Shown one piece after another: positions 1 to 13,070 of a stretch of DNA of 64,000 bases; positions within the stretch are counted from its first letter, which is position 1; each line of letters starts with the position of its first letter. The notes under the pieces were generated by a model, which ran no database searches, was not told the DNA's origin, and worked only from the letters and a program-made list of their open reading frames with translations. This DNA comes from Perna viridis (Eukaryota). A program made the translations under genes and the position numbers. The DNA lies in the NCBI GenBank assembly GCA_037379345.1, contig CM074518.1, positions 27,156,001 through 27,220,000 on the forward strand, read 5' to 3'.

Positions 1-454
1 GGTATCATTACGTAGCCCAATGTCTCCGTTCTTATCATGAAAGTCACTATAGAACTTTCGGCTGTTAATATATGCAATATATGTACACCCTCACCAAATA
101 TATGGCTTAAATTGACATATTTTATGTATTAATGCTAAAGTAAAAAGTTGGTTCATTTAGTATTTACAGTTTCATGCTGTCATATTTGATACTTCTAGGG
201 TTCTGTTGATTTATTTGTGTCAATGTTAGTATTTATCAAAAATTGCCATACAAAGATTTTTTATTTTTCCATTTAGACTCAAATAAATTCGAGTCTAAAA
301 GTTTTTGCATGACAAAAAGATGTAAAATATCTTACCATTCAATAGATAATTTACTTTGTTTTGTTTACATCATGGAACTAAGAAAAGACATTTTTTGTAG
401 AAAATTCCCCGACAAATAACAAATATTACTTTAATCCCTAGAAAACGTGTATAA

Positions 455-540
455 GAGTAATCAAGGGAACCCAGATGCTAGCGGAAATCCAACGAATGTA
501 ATTCAGGGACAAAGACGACACCTGGAAAACAGATATGAAC
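455..540 (-). mobile_element. Penelope-like terminal tail fragment
   Basis: gagtaatcaagggaac...ggaaaacaga. Confidence 0.75.
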
Positions 541-780
541 CAAAATGCCCATTCATGGAAAACCAACACTATAAATCTCATATTATTGGCATTACTAATA
601 TTAAGTAGCAGATTTTATAAAAATCAGACTGAAGATGATTCATGCATGTGAAAAAACCTAACAAATTCAGTTTTATTTTTTGTGCAGAGACCGTAATTTT
701 GCAATTTGCAAAAGGTATCGTTCTTGATTTGGTTGGTTTTAGTGGGAAGTTAAAGTGTAGTTTTCTAATATACAGAAAGT

Positions 781-3444
781 ATTATTGCCAAAGGAAAATA
801 TAGCATATGTAGATCAAAAAAGCATCATATGATATATGGATTTTTCTACACCATGAATCACCTTACCATAGACAGTGTCTGAATTTTATATTAACTGATA
901 CTTAAAACTGGTGTATCCAACTCATCTGCTCTATTCCGATGCTTATTTTTTATCGTTTTGGTATATCAGTTATTATGTTGTTGTAAAAAGGAGAATATTG
1001 CACAAATGGGTTAGATCAGTATTGTTGTTATAAATGCCAACATTGTGAGATTTACAATGTTGGTACGTTCTGAATGAGCGTTTTGCTGAATACTGAGATC
1101 TGTTTTCTAGAGACAAGGAGTAATATTTTTTTATTTTCAAGGAACATTTTTGTAAGAGAATTAGCTTTTCTGAGCTTCAAGATGTAAGCAAACTGAATTA
1201 TCTATCGGATGGTACGTTCGCATGATCGTCTGTTTCTAGTTCCAAAATCTGCAACTCCTCTAAAATTGAGACGCTTTCATCGTGCATATAATGCAAAGAG
1301 TCGAATTTTATAGGACTATAAATGGGAAACTCTAAAATCCCATTTTGATCAATTCCCCATTGAAACTAGTGTTTTCATATGGTAAATATGTCAATTTCAG
1401 TCATTTTGCTATTTGGTAATGATACATATGTTGCATATGACTGTAAGTGTTACTGCAACTGCTGTGGTACTGCCTTAGAAATTAGGCTACGTGATGAATA
1501 TTATATATTTGAATATACTTTAACTCGAAAAATTAAAAAAAACAAAACTAAAAGAAATTGCTTTTAGTCACAACGAGGTATTCAAAAAAAAAAAAATACA
1601 AAAATGCTTCAGTTTATTTTTTGCGAAAAACGTATTCGTAAATGGTAGGCCCAAGGGTACCTGAAAATCTTAATTGAGTTGATGAGTGAGAGGGTGTTCG
1701 GGAATGATCTCAGCCCACATACTTTGAATGTTTTGAATGTTGTGGAAACGCTTTCCTATATTCGATACTGCGATCATTTGCCGATATGCGATTTTTGAGT
1801 AAAAATGTATAATGTCATACATCTTTGAATTAAGAGAAAATATTTTTTCTCTTTTAGCAATTCAGTCTCAGTAATACATTTTTCATTTTGGTCACGCGTA
1901 CTTTCCTTTTTATCAGTTCGGTCTTTTTGTTATGGTTTGGTTACAGGTAAGTTTTAACTGGTTAGCTTTGTCTTATTAGATTAAAAAAATAGAACTATAA
2001 ATTGTGAATTCATAATCTTAAAAGATTGAATAGTAGACTATGTTTCTACAAATAGAATCTTAAATCATACAAATATTCAACAGATTTATCTATCACATTG
2101 ATGGAAATCTTAGGTTTGTTTTTTCAAAACAGTAAATATAAGCTCGAATAAGATTTTTTATACAAAGAGTAGTTCGTATCTAAACTTAACATTGTCTAAA
2201 CCGCTTATGTTATGTATTTGTTGGCTTGTCAACTAATAAACGGAAGAAACACAAACACAAATACAAGGTTATCTTACATTTGCGAAATAATAATTGGTAT
2301 TCGTCTTTGGTCCGAATAAACAATAATAATTACATTTACGTATAATACTTGGTTGTTTGAGTGAGAGGAAGATAAAATTATGACAGTAGAAAATTTATAA
2401 TAATGTACATCATAATTCACAAAAATTTGCAGTATCTCAAATTACAAGACTTTGGAATCGATTAACTGCTTGCCATAACCACTTAGACTTTTTTGTACCA
2501 CAATAGACCTTTTACAATTAGGCTTCCGGAACAGGGTTAACTTACTACAAGATTGAAGTCATCACTACAGAAGCTTAACATGTCGTCAGCATGTAACACG
2601 TGATTCGTTACGGTGTATCCATCTGCTCCATGAGAATCGATTAGTTCACAGTGACATAAATTTCCATTCATCGTCTACACCGTATTTAAATTTGTAATTC
2701 ACACCCGGAGGGAGCGGTATTCTTGGATTGTAAGATGTAAGATTTTAAAGGTAATTTTTTTCTGAATACCTTGTATATTAAATCATACGTACTATCATAA
2801 TAGCTATAGATAGGAAGCACTTTGTTTTCCTTTTTTGCAGTTAAGTAAATTTAAAGATAAGCAAAATAATTTCACTATGAGATATAATTAAGCTTTTGAA
2901 TATGTTCATTCCTTGAATCATGACAAAAGCATTCAATTGTATTTGACCAAACTTGTTATAAATTTTGCTCTAGTTTATGAAGATATCAGTCATATGATAA
3001 TGTCAAATGTTCAATTCTGTTCTCAACTTGTCTACAATGTAGACTATACAATAAACACCACTTTGCCATGGTATTTTGTGTATGATAAAAACTACTTAGT
3101 CAATACAAACCTAAATATATTTTGAAGCAATATCGTGTATCAGCTGAACTATTTTCTTTGATAAGTTTCATTTCAATATCTTTTGTTACATCAATAGGCA
3201 TAGAACCATTGTTTTGGCGCCTTTTGTTCTGTAGGATTTTGACTAAAGACTACTTTGCTTCCACAACTGCTTTTGGATAGGAGACGGATAAAGGATATCT
3301 GTAAAAGTCATTTTTGACGCATCAGGGAATAAAGCTTTTGCAACACAAGTGCAGCTTATTACATCATATTCTAATACTATAATCCATCTAACACAATAAC
3401 AGTCATTCCAGTGATAAATTCTGGTTCTGAGCAGATATTGATGC
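781..3444 (-). pseudogene. Gene F: pseudogene, partial duplicate of gene D. Exon 3 at 3111-3444, truncated exon 4 at 1934-1971, TM exon deleted
   Basis: Exon 3 is 334 nt with three frameshifts (-1, +1, -8 relative to 342 nt). About 503 bp equivalent to 24268-24770 are missing. Confidence 0.8.
2510..2685 (+). mobile_element. Decayed Penelope-like fragment (duplicated at ~25760-25940)
   Basis: ctacaagattgaagtcatcactacagaag. Confidence 0.75.
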
Positions 3445-4466
3445 CTGTTTGGTAATGAGTATTATTAGCCATTATTTAAAGATATCAATTTTATCAAGGT
3501 GAAATAAAAAGCTACATATCATCAAGTCAAATGTTTCCTTTCAATGATTGTTTATGCATATTAAACATCTGCAAGGCTGGGTTTGCAATTTTTAGAAAGG
3601 GGCACGGAACACCTAATATGTATAGAGCAATAAAGTAATTCTTCATAAATAAAGGTTAAATGTATGTAATGATAATGAAACAAAGTAACGGTGCTTAAAT
3701 GCGAGTTAACTGCCCAGTGCAGCCCATTGAATGTTTAAGTACATGCACATAATAATTGCTGATTAATTTCTACATATACAATGTTTAGATGTTCAACATG
3801 AAGTGTAGGCAATTATATTATATTTACAACCACATTTAAGTTTGAATAGTAGTAATTATTAATTTAAAATGTTAACAAAACCGATAAAAAAACACTGCGG
3901 CACGAAATTATGTGTTGACTAATCAGAAACATTCGTTATTTTTAACATTGTACATGTACTATTTTACGATATACGATAAACGCTACATGATTTACATAAT
4001 ACGATGAACGATACACGATAAATAGGTAAGTTTTCATGATCCTAGTACTGTACTGTATTATGTTTGAAAGAATCTCATAATTAAAACTAAGCAGATGCTG
4101 TCGGTAATCGTGTCACTTTCTGATGGAGTTTTACATTTAACGGTAATACATGTGTACTTTTACTTCAATGAAATTAAAACAAATTAGCAAAAGTTGTGAA
4201 TATACATTTTGTGTTGATATGATTCAATATGAACGACACTACTCGTGCTTACCTCTTCTTGACTTTTGCCTAATCGACACGCATTTGTGCAATCGGGAAG
4301 TTACATAAACTCTAGTGGTTTGCACGAACCATTTGTTTCAATAACTGTGTATCTAAGGTACACAAGAATGTACTACGTTTACTAAATTATACACTTAGTA
4401 TTTTTTTTATGTTCGTGTGTGAATAGTTAACAAAATATTTTCCGAATTAAGATGATGCAACGCTTG

Positions 4467-5194
4467 AGTCTTTAAGCAATCATAATTTCGGGGATTTGAT
4501 ACATCGCATCTACCCAAAGAACTTGAGATAAAGGATACTACCGACACTGTGAAGTCAGCCTCATATCTTGACCTACACTTAGAAATCGATGGTAAAGGAA
4601 CACTATTGACCAAACTTTACGACAAACGTCATGACTTTTTCAGAATTGTCAACTTTCCTTTCATCTGTAGCAATATCCCTTCGGCTCCTGCGTATGGGGT
4701 GTTCATATCACTCATACGTTATGCCAGAGCTTGCCGAAACTACGCAGACCTTTTGTATCGCACTAGAACTCTAACAAATAGGCTTCTGGATCAGCGTTAT
4801 GTAGCTACAAGATTGAAGTCATCAATACAGAAGTTTTATGGTCGTTATCATGAACTCGTGGATCGTTATGGTGTATCCATCAGCACCATGAAAACTGATT
4901 TATTCAACGGGTCAAAGTTTTCCTTTCCTCGATTGTCTACCCCGGACTTAACTTTTATCAGCAACTCGGCGGTTGTTTCTAGAAAAGCAAAGGACGCTTA
5001 CCCTACCGGTGCACCTGGTCCATGCTCCCAGTTTTTAGTGGAGTCCGAGTTGCTCATTTACTTTTGTTACTTTGTATGTATGATTGTAGTTACTTTATGT
5101 TCTTTGTTGTGTATGTCTGTTTTCCATGTCTGGTCTTTGTCCATGGATTACATTCTTTTGATTACCGCTATGACCTTGGTTCCCTTGATTACTC
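4467..5194 (+). mobile_element. Penelope-like element, RT C-terminus plus complete 3' UTR
   Basis: SYLDLHLEID...YDKR...NFPF...YGVFIS...KFYGR; terminus CCCTTGATTACTC. Confidence 0.92.
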
Positions 5195-5984
5195 TCTGAG
5201 AATAATATTCCGGGCCAGTAGTATTTTCCAAGGTGCTTAAGAAACACTCCGGAAAGATATAATCTATTTTTAATCATTCTGCTCGTCTACCACGGAATTG
5301 ACATTGTATGACCACTATTTCTACATCGAAATAAAGTAATTGCACTGAATTAGTGTAGGAATGTTATTGAATATGTTCAAAAAGCTCGTTGTATGAATTA
5401 GTGGGCAGTATAAACAACGCAGTATGTTCCACTGCTGTCATAATAATGGTAGTCTATATGTAGACAGGATAAACATATATTAGTATCTTATACTAGTTTA
5501 CATAGTGGTAAAATATTATGTTACATATATACATCATAGAAATACAATAAAACAATGATATCATAGGTTTTTATATATAATATCAAGATTGACATCAATA
5601 ACTTCATGTGGAAAAATATTCTTCTAAATAAGTTTTTTTTTTTTTCTAAATGACTTATTTTAATTGATATTACTGAAGCTGTATTACATTAAAGTTTAAA
5701 ATTTGTTTAAGATTTAAGATTTGAAAGTAAATAATAACATTACTAATTCTTACTTATGTATAACCAACTTAATTGACTCGTTAGTAAATTTGAAGCGTGC
5801 ATGCAATTACGTTATGCATTTCCTTGTTCTATATAAACTAGGCCCCATCAGTTTTTAAATGATGTTGCAATAAGCATTCATTCAGGTAAACTGCATTGCA
5901 TTTTTGACTATCCTTATTATGAGCGTTTTCATTTGATTTACCACAGAATAGCATGAACTTAATAAAAGCTATAACTTTGTTCTC

Positions 5985-6628
5985 ATGGTCAACTATCACT
6001 TCTTCAAGTATTTCAAAGACAAAGCAACACTGACTATTTCATATTCCTTTACTTCACCTATTGCATCAAAACTTTTCAATTATAAAAGACTATTGCAGAA
6101 CCTCGAGATTGAGGACTTTAAGGCTAAACCTACTAAACCTGACTGTTCTCTCCATTCAAATATGATGTCACGGTCACGTTATTACGGGAAATTTAAGCAT
6201 CATCATCGAAAACGAATCTCGCAATAAGCTCCTTCCTGAAGGTCCCAAGTACCGTAAACCACGCTCCATATATTGGAATTAAACTTTTAAGTTCTCATGG
6301 ATGCCGTGGAGGAACTGCGCAAGAACATAGATAAAACGAGAGCAAGAATCATTGATTCTCTGTCAGAGTGGGTAAGGACTGTGAGGTGTTAAACTTTGAA
6401 AAGTTTGAAAGTTTTAAGTAGGTCAATTTGTATCAATGCTACGTCAGTTTTCAAAGACCCTGATGTAGCAAAAATAGTGTCCACTATACATAACAAATAC
6501 GTTCTCGTACATGTACCAGCAGACAAAGCCCAGAACAACATTATTTTTGTCTGCAAAACTTTCACATCCAATGTTTTTTATCAAATGTAGACGTTAAAAC
6601 AATAGCAGTAATACGACTTATACTGCGC
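5985..6628 (+). mobile_element. Penelope-like element, pre-RT region
   Basis: ISYSFTSPIASKLFNYK, GPKYR, SVFKDPDVAK, PADKAQNN; overlaps the 5' part of the 46.6-48.4 kb copy. Confidence 0.85.
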
Positions 6629-6786
6629 TCCCTCTGTCGATCTTATCTTGTTTTTATTCTCAAAACTACTAACTCCCCCATAATATTCTCCCATCCTATA
6701 ACCAAACCTAAATCTAGTAATAACATTCCATATGATGTAAACATGTAGTGTCAGCTTAACTAATTTGTGACGGCTATAAAAGTACT

Positions 6787-6942
6787 TAATGAATGTATTC
6801 AATTTCTGATTAGTTTATACGCTATAACCTAATTTGGGTCCGTTTACGCTGAATAAAGCGCGAAGCGGATTATGTTCTAGCGAAAACGGAACCAAATTAG
6901 GTTATAGCGTACAAACTAATCAGAAATTGAATACATTCATTA
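6787..6942. repeat. Near-perfect ~65-bp-arm hairpin, head of a MITE-like element extending to ~7375
   Basis: taatgaatgtattcaatttctgattagttt...aaactaatcagaaattgaatacattcatta around the loop gcgcgaagcgg. Confidence 0.85.
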
Positions 6943-7577
6943 TATTTTAATTAAAAATTTTAAAAAAATGATATATACACCCCCTTTATTAACACTGAGT
7001 AAACATCAACATTAATTTTCACGCCGTGTAGTAATTCTAGTAAACAAATTGGCCGCCATTTAAAAATCAGCGGCAAGACGCTGTTATTTCATCACTGGGA
7101 AATGTTCAGTTTTTTTCCAAAATCGAAGACACAGTTATTAAAGCCGGAATTTGACAAAAACCCGGCGGACATAACGTTTGTTAATAATTTATTATCACAA
7201 AAACGTTTCATGGTTACAATGTGACTGAAAACGTTGTTTTGGATGTTGACAAACAAAAAGTAGTTCCGTAAAAGGTGGACGTGGCATAAATAGCAAGTTA
7301 GTTTATACAATTGAAATAATGTTGATTTTTGTCAACAAACCAATCAAATGACAGGATTCTCATCAAATAAAATATGTATCTTTAATCTAATAGTTTGATA
7401 GTATAAAAACGAAAAACTACTGATGGTCAGTGCCATACATCTATGCACTTGTGTTTATAATTGCATTATACTGTTGGAAAGTTAATTTGGTTTGTGATAT
7501 TTATTAGAACTAATGATACTGAAAACAGTACTTTCTAAAAATTTCAAAACTAATACATAACATTCTTTTCCCCATTC

Positions 7578-7865
7578 TCCGTTAAAATCACGACTCAAAA
7601 ACTTTATACATCGTTGTTTTTCAAAAAAAAAAAAAAAAAGACGGTACACCTAGATACAAATATATAATTCTTGATAGAGATTCATTATACTTTGTAAAAA
7701 TAATTCACAATTATCTTCAAAATATACGAACGAAAATGTGTTCAAAATGCTCGAATTTTGAATTGATATCATATTTGGCCAGTGTGGTGGACGCGTTTTT
7801 AAACAAACGGTTGGCATTCTAATGGGCACACATTGTGTTCTTCTACTTCTACGTGGATTTCATAC
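7578..7865 (+). mobile_element. Penelope-like RT fragment
   Basis: HRCFSKKDGTPRY...QCGGRVFKQTVGILMGTHC. Confidence 0.85.
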
Positions 7866-8059
7866 ACGCATATTTCCATCATCGTTATTCGATGAGTATG
7901 GTCCGTCTTTATTTACGTGTACTATGAACAAATTATGTTTACAAAAAAGAAAAAAAAATACAAAAAAAACAAAAAAAAAAAAAAACAAATTGAAACTCGA
8001 CAGCATTAAAATACTTAGTTTGCTAGGTAAAATTCATTCATTTGAATTGTCAATTTGTT

Positions 8060-8560
8060 TGATACATACTTACCATTTACAAACTTTAATTTACGAGAAA
8101 AAGATGATTTTGATTTTCCAAATATTTTAATTTTATTTTTTAATTTTCCATTCCTAGACGGCAATATTCCTGAAGCATTTTCCTATGGTATTTACATTCA
8201 ATAAATGGTCCATTTTTCTAAGGCACGTATCGAAATGATTGTTATGAACGCAACAGTCAACACATATACACAAACAAGCTTTTGTACCAGTGTATCGATA
8301 TCACAAATTCCTACAATAACCATTTACGAAGTTTGTTCACCGTTACGAAACATTGACAAAAAATAAAAACACTTGAAGGTTCCTAATCAAACATGGTTTT
8401 GCTCACTCTGTTTTCTTTACGGAAATATAGTCTATGAAGCAAATTCTTTAAAACAAAATACAATGGATTGATCAGTTGCCATGAATAGATGCATCCATAA
8501 GGATGTCATTTTCAGATTATTGTCTATTCTTTGAACCTTGTTTCCATAAAGATATTCAAC
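8060..8560 (+). mobile_element. Decayed Penelope-like RT C-terminus of a different subfamily
   Basis: NFPFLDGNIPEAFSYGIYI and a longer C-terminal extension (...FYGNIVYEA) absent from the main family. Confidence 0.6.
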
Positions 8561-10555
8561 CACTAAATGCATCCTAACGTAAATACTTAGTCACTATTTT
8601 TTTAAGTACTGTACTACCATCAAAGTTCGCTTATTTAGTACTTGACGCAAATGCTAATGGTCTTACATTATGCATATATAAGGCGTCGCTAAAGCTCCGT
8701 CAATCATATAGTTATAATTACGACAATGTGAAAATGATTTTAATCTTAGAAATACGCATATGTACTTATAAATAATTTCTTCTATTTGATATACCATAAC
8801 ATGATGATTTACAGAAAACAAAGATTGAAGTATACTAATATATGTTTTACGATTACGATCCGAATATGGTACACTGCGTACACTTATATCACTGGTATGT
8901 GATGCTATTAAAACGAAAACAATAAAGCAATCCGTCATTCATTTCGATTGTTCAGAAATCATCTAGGATGCCGGAGTTTGTCATTCTGAATTTTGCTATC
9001 ATGTTTTTGTTTTGTTTTGTTTTTGTTTTATTTTGTTTTGTTTTGTTTCTTTTTTTATGGCGCTGATACGCGATGGTGTGTAACCGTTATGCGCGGAAGT
9101 GCGTTGTTTTGTTGTGTAGTGCCCTGATTGATATAAGCAAAATGGCAGAAGTGCGTCGTGATCTCATTCGATGTTGCCACGACATTTTACGTGCAATAGC
9201 GCCCGTTAATGAAAAAAAATACTTGGATTGACTTTTTCCGCATAACGAGTCTTCGGTAACTGTTTAAGTATTTCTTAGTTTGAGCTAATTTAATAAAAGT
9301 TCCGGAGAAAACTAACATAGAAAATCATGAAAGTAGAATATAGAAAGTTCAACAAGAATGCTGATATGTATCTATACAAATGTCATGAATATTTTCGTGG
9401 TACTTTAGGCGTCATGAAGTTTGAAAATATGTTGAAAACAAAGTACAATTAGAATGAGTGTTTCGAAGCTATCTTTCAGTTAACCTGTGATCTTATTGGC
9501 TCATCAAGTGTTTTAAATGCTTGGACCTTAGTTTTATACACAGCATTGAAGCTAAATCAAATGTTACTAATAAAATATACTGTTTTTACTTTACAGCTTC
9601 AGTTCATTTAAAAAAAAAACCTTTAAAGTGGCTTGTGTATTCAGATTGTACATACAATTGATCTGATTGAGGAATGTTTTTAGTTTCTGAAATGGTTATA
9701 CGAGAAACTCAAGTTTCTGATAGTTTAAAAAAACAAATTAGGAAAATTCTTTGCTTTTTTTAATGAATGATAGTCCAAATATTGATTATCAAGATTTTAT
9801 TTTGATAGAGATTATATGTATAGCTGAGAATAGACCAATCACCGTTTATGACGTCATAGTAGCAAGCCAGTTTCTAAAACAATAATCTGGTATGCTTAAA
9901 GAGAAGAAAACAACCGGAAAGTTTGTCACGAATCAAATTAGCTTACATTACAATATAGTTTTTCAAAATAGTTTAAAGCTTAAATGATCATGTAATTATA
10001 CATTGTGTTCATGTTAATCAAGAAACGTTACAAGTATTTTACTTATCATTTAGTATAGTGTTGCATCTATAAACAAACAAAAAGTACATCTATTTCAAGC
10101 TAATGCAGTATCAACATTCAAAAGATACGTTATGGTACTCGAGGTTATATTCGAACCTAGGTAACTAAACTAAAGAAAAGGAGACTACAGGTCGAGCTGC
10201 ATTCTTCATTAATATTTGCTGTGTGTATTTCTTTGTAGTTGTCAGGCTTATATATAACATAACTTCTGAGATGTTTGTTTAAAAAGCCGTGCCATATGAC
10301 AATATGCATTATTTATTTGAATGGTATGCCCGATACATATTTCAAGGTCACATAACCTACTATGCGAGTGACTATATTACGGTTATCCAGTGCATAATTC
10401 AGTTATGTAAGTTGAATGATGAAATAGAAATTAAACTCTCCTTACTGCGATGTACAAAGTTCATCGAGGGTATCAAAATGTCAAAGACAATTAGACTAGT
10501 ACATTTGTCTCGATATTACTTATAGTCCGTATATAATCGTTCGTTCTTTGCTGAC

Positions 10556-10739
10556 GAATAATCAAGGGAACTAAGGTTATAGCGGTAATCAAAAGGATGT
10601 AATCCAGGGATAAAGACCAGACATGGAAAACAGACATACACAACAAAGAACATGAAGTAACACAAATCATACATACAAAATAACAAAAGCAAATGAGAAA
10701 CTCGAACTCCACTAAAAACTGGGAGCATGGACCAGGTGC
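10556..10739 (-). mobile_element. Penelope-like 3' tail only
   Basis: Near-identical to 5010-5194. Confidence 0.9.
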
Positions 10740-11519
10740 TAATAAAGGGTGACACGCAGAAAAACATGCCGTCTCATACAACATTTTCATTAGTACAGTT
10801 TGCAAAGTCTACAGGTACTGAACATATGTGTAATATGCAGTACATGTAGTTTATACGCTAGTACCAGAGAGCTATCTACACCGTACTGTAGGTAAACTGT
10901 TTTCATATAAAAGGGTCAACTCGTCCTTTGAATAATGACTTAGTGTGATGTTCATAATTTAATGATAGTCAGTGATAGTTATAAAGATACTTTATTGTAA
11001 GTCGGTATAAAAGTCTAATGAGTGAATATGGCGATAAAATATTGTTAAGTAACAAATAATTTAATCAAACTGTTTTCAAAATTTAAAGTAAGGATTTATA
11101 TATATACTCATTTTTTATAGTATTGATTCATACTTTCTTTCTCATTTTGACCTTTTGTTATCGATATTTTACCATGGTATTTTGATAGCAATATTAAGCA
11201 CTGTATTTTAGATATGTTCTTATTTTTTAACATAAAGAGTATTCTATTACTATCACTTTCACTTTCGTTTTATATCGGTTTCCTGTGTTATGACTTTCCT
11301 GTTTCTGAATGGACCTTGGTTCCATTGTGCACCATGGTTTTAGTCGATCATAATTTAGTCATTGTTGTATGACACCTCACTATTAAAGTAATAATTTTGT
11401 TTTTTATGATTATGTTTAAATGAGGCATAATTTTCATTTGTGGAAGATATTTTTTGTGATATTAGACTATTTTTTTTTTCAGATAACTCTTTGAGTTTAT
11501 TTTTTCCACTTCATTTTGA

Positions 11520-13070
11520 TACTTTTTGGATGGTACTATAGTCCATAGGCTGGGAGGGTCCACCGTTCACCTCCTCATCAACTTTGTTGTAATTTTTAGA
11601 TACCTCTACCCATTGAATCAATTTTACGCCAAAGAGTAATTTCCGATTCTTTTTCAGCATAAGCCCATATATGTACCCCACTAGGTCAAAAAGCCTAGAT
11701 TTTTGTGACTCACTTGTTTGACCGTCTAAGCCTTCCTGGGATAGCATACGTAGACAAACTAAAATAATGTAGATATCATCATGTTGCTAAATGTCTCAGT
11801 TTTATAATGGTGGCAAGAAAAATGCAGTACCACTTAGGATTTGTGGGTAAAATGAAAACTATTTACCACTACTCCTCCGAAAAATTGTTTAAATTGAAAT
11901 ATTTTTTTAATGTCAAAACCCCAAGTGTATTTATGCTTAGGTACAAAAAATGGTTTATGTAGTATTTTCTGTTTACTTTTGTCACAATGTATACCTCTGG
12001 GGTTTTCTGATGATTTTTGGCGATTTTCGTGGTAAGAATTTATCCCCCCCCCCCAAAAAAAAAAATGCAAAACATGGGATTTTTCCAATTTTTCAAACAA
12101 AAGTCACATTAATTCGACTCTACAAGTTATTGTTCAGCTAAAACGTCTAAAATCTGGTATTATACGATAGATAATTTGTTATTGTACATAAATTAACCGC
12201 GAAAAAAAAACAATGTTTAATAAGTCTCATTCACAGCATACTGACAGTATAGAACTCATGTTTTGGGCATTCATAATTTAGATAATGATATACCAAACAT
12301 CTCTGATCAATTCAGGCGATTAAATTTTCCTTTTGGGGTGAAAATTACTATAAAATTGTTTCATCAATAAGAACATTTAAGTGCTTGAATTGATCAGATA
12401 TGTTGAGTACATAATTATCTTAATTCTGAATGCCTAAAATATTAGTTTAATGGTGTCGATATGCTGTGAATGAGAATTCTGTTTAATATTTAAACCAGTT
12501 TTTAGGGGTAGGGTGACTTCAATTTTGTTTAAAAATTCTTTCTTGAAAATTTGTTTTTCGTGGTTCATTTATGTAGAAAACTAAATTATCTATCGAATGA
12601 TACCAAATTTGAAAAGTTTTAGTTGAGCAATAACTAGTAGAGTAAAATGTATGTGACTTTAATCGAACAGAAAATTCGAAAATCCCATATTTTCGCTATT
12701 TTGATAAAATACCAAATAAGTTATTTTTTACCAGAGCATAACTACGTCAGGGGTTTTGACATAGACAAATATGTCAATTAAAGCGATTTGTCGACGGGGT
12801 AGGGGTACAGTTTTTCAGTTTACCCAAAAATCCTAAGTGTATAATTGTATAGCTTACAATGGGCAATGTTATGATAGATACATATGTCAAAAGACTTAGA
12901 ACATGTTTTTTGTATAAAAAGTAGCCAAAAATATAAACTTCTTCCGTTTAAATTTTGGCGACAAAAAGAATAGTAAATGGGAGGTGTAAGAGTCTCTGAA
13001 AATCATATTTTGGTTGATGAGTTGGGATGCACTGGGGTTATCTCAGCCCAAATTCTACTATTTTTCTTTT
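11520..13070. mobile_element. ~1.5 kb foldback (long imperfect palindrome) non-autonomous DNA element
   Basis: Arms mirror around ~12348 (e.g. ctcattcacagcata / tatgctgtgaatgag; cacttaggattt / aaatcctaagtg). Single arms also at ~1-380, 1150-1830, 23430-24130, 53780-54050 and 55380-55960. Confidence 0.75.

Larger units (their letters stand above)
781..3648. repeat. Segmental duplication copy 1 (direct repeat of 23068-26859)
   Basis: Long collinear near-identity including introns and shared TE fragments. Confidence 0.95.

Noticed and set aside
4549-5199. 216-aa RT plus hydrophobic-tail fusion suggesting programmed readthrough
   Set aside because: Copy-specific: TAG changed to AAG plus a 1-nt deletion in the T run at ~4953. 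In the other copies the tail frame differs from the RT frame.
5200-5455. Possible lectin-like decayed exon
   Set aside because: Multiple stops and no diagnostic motif.
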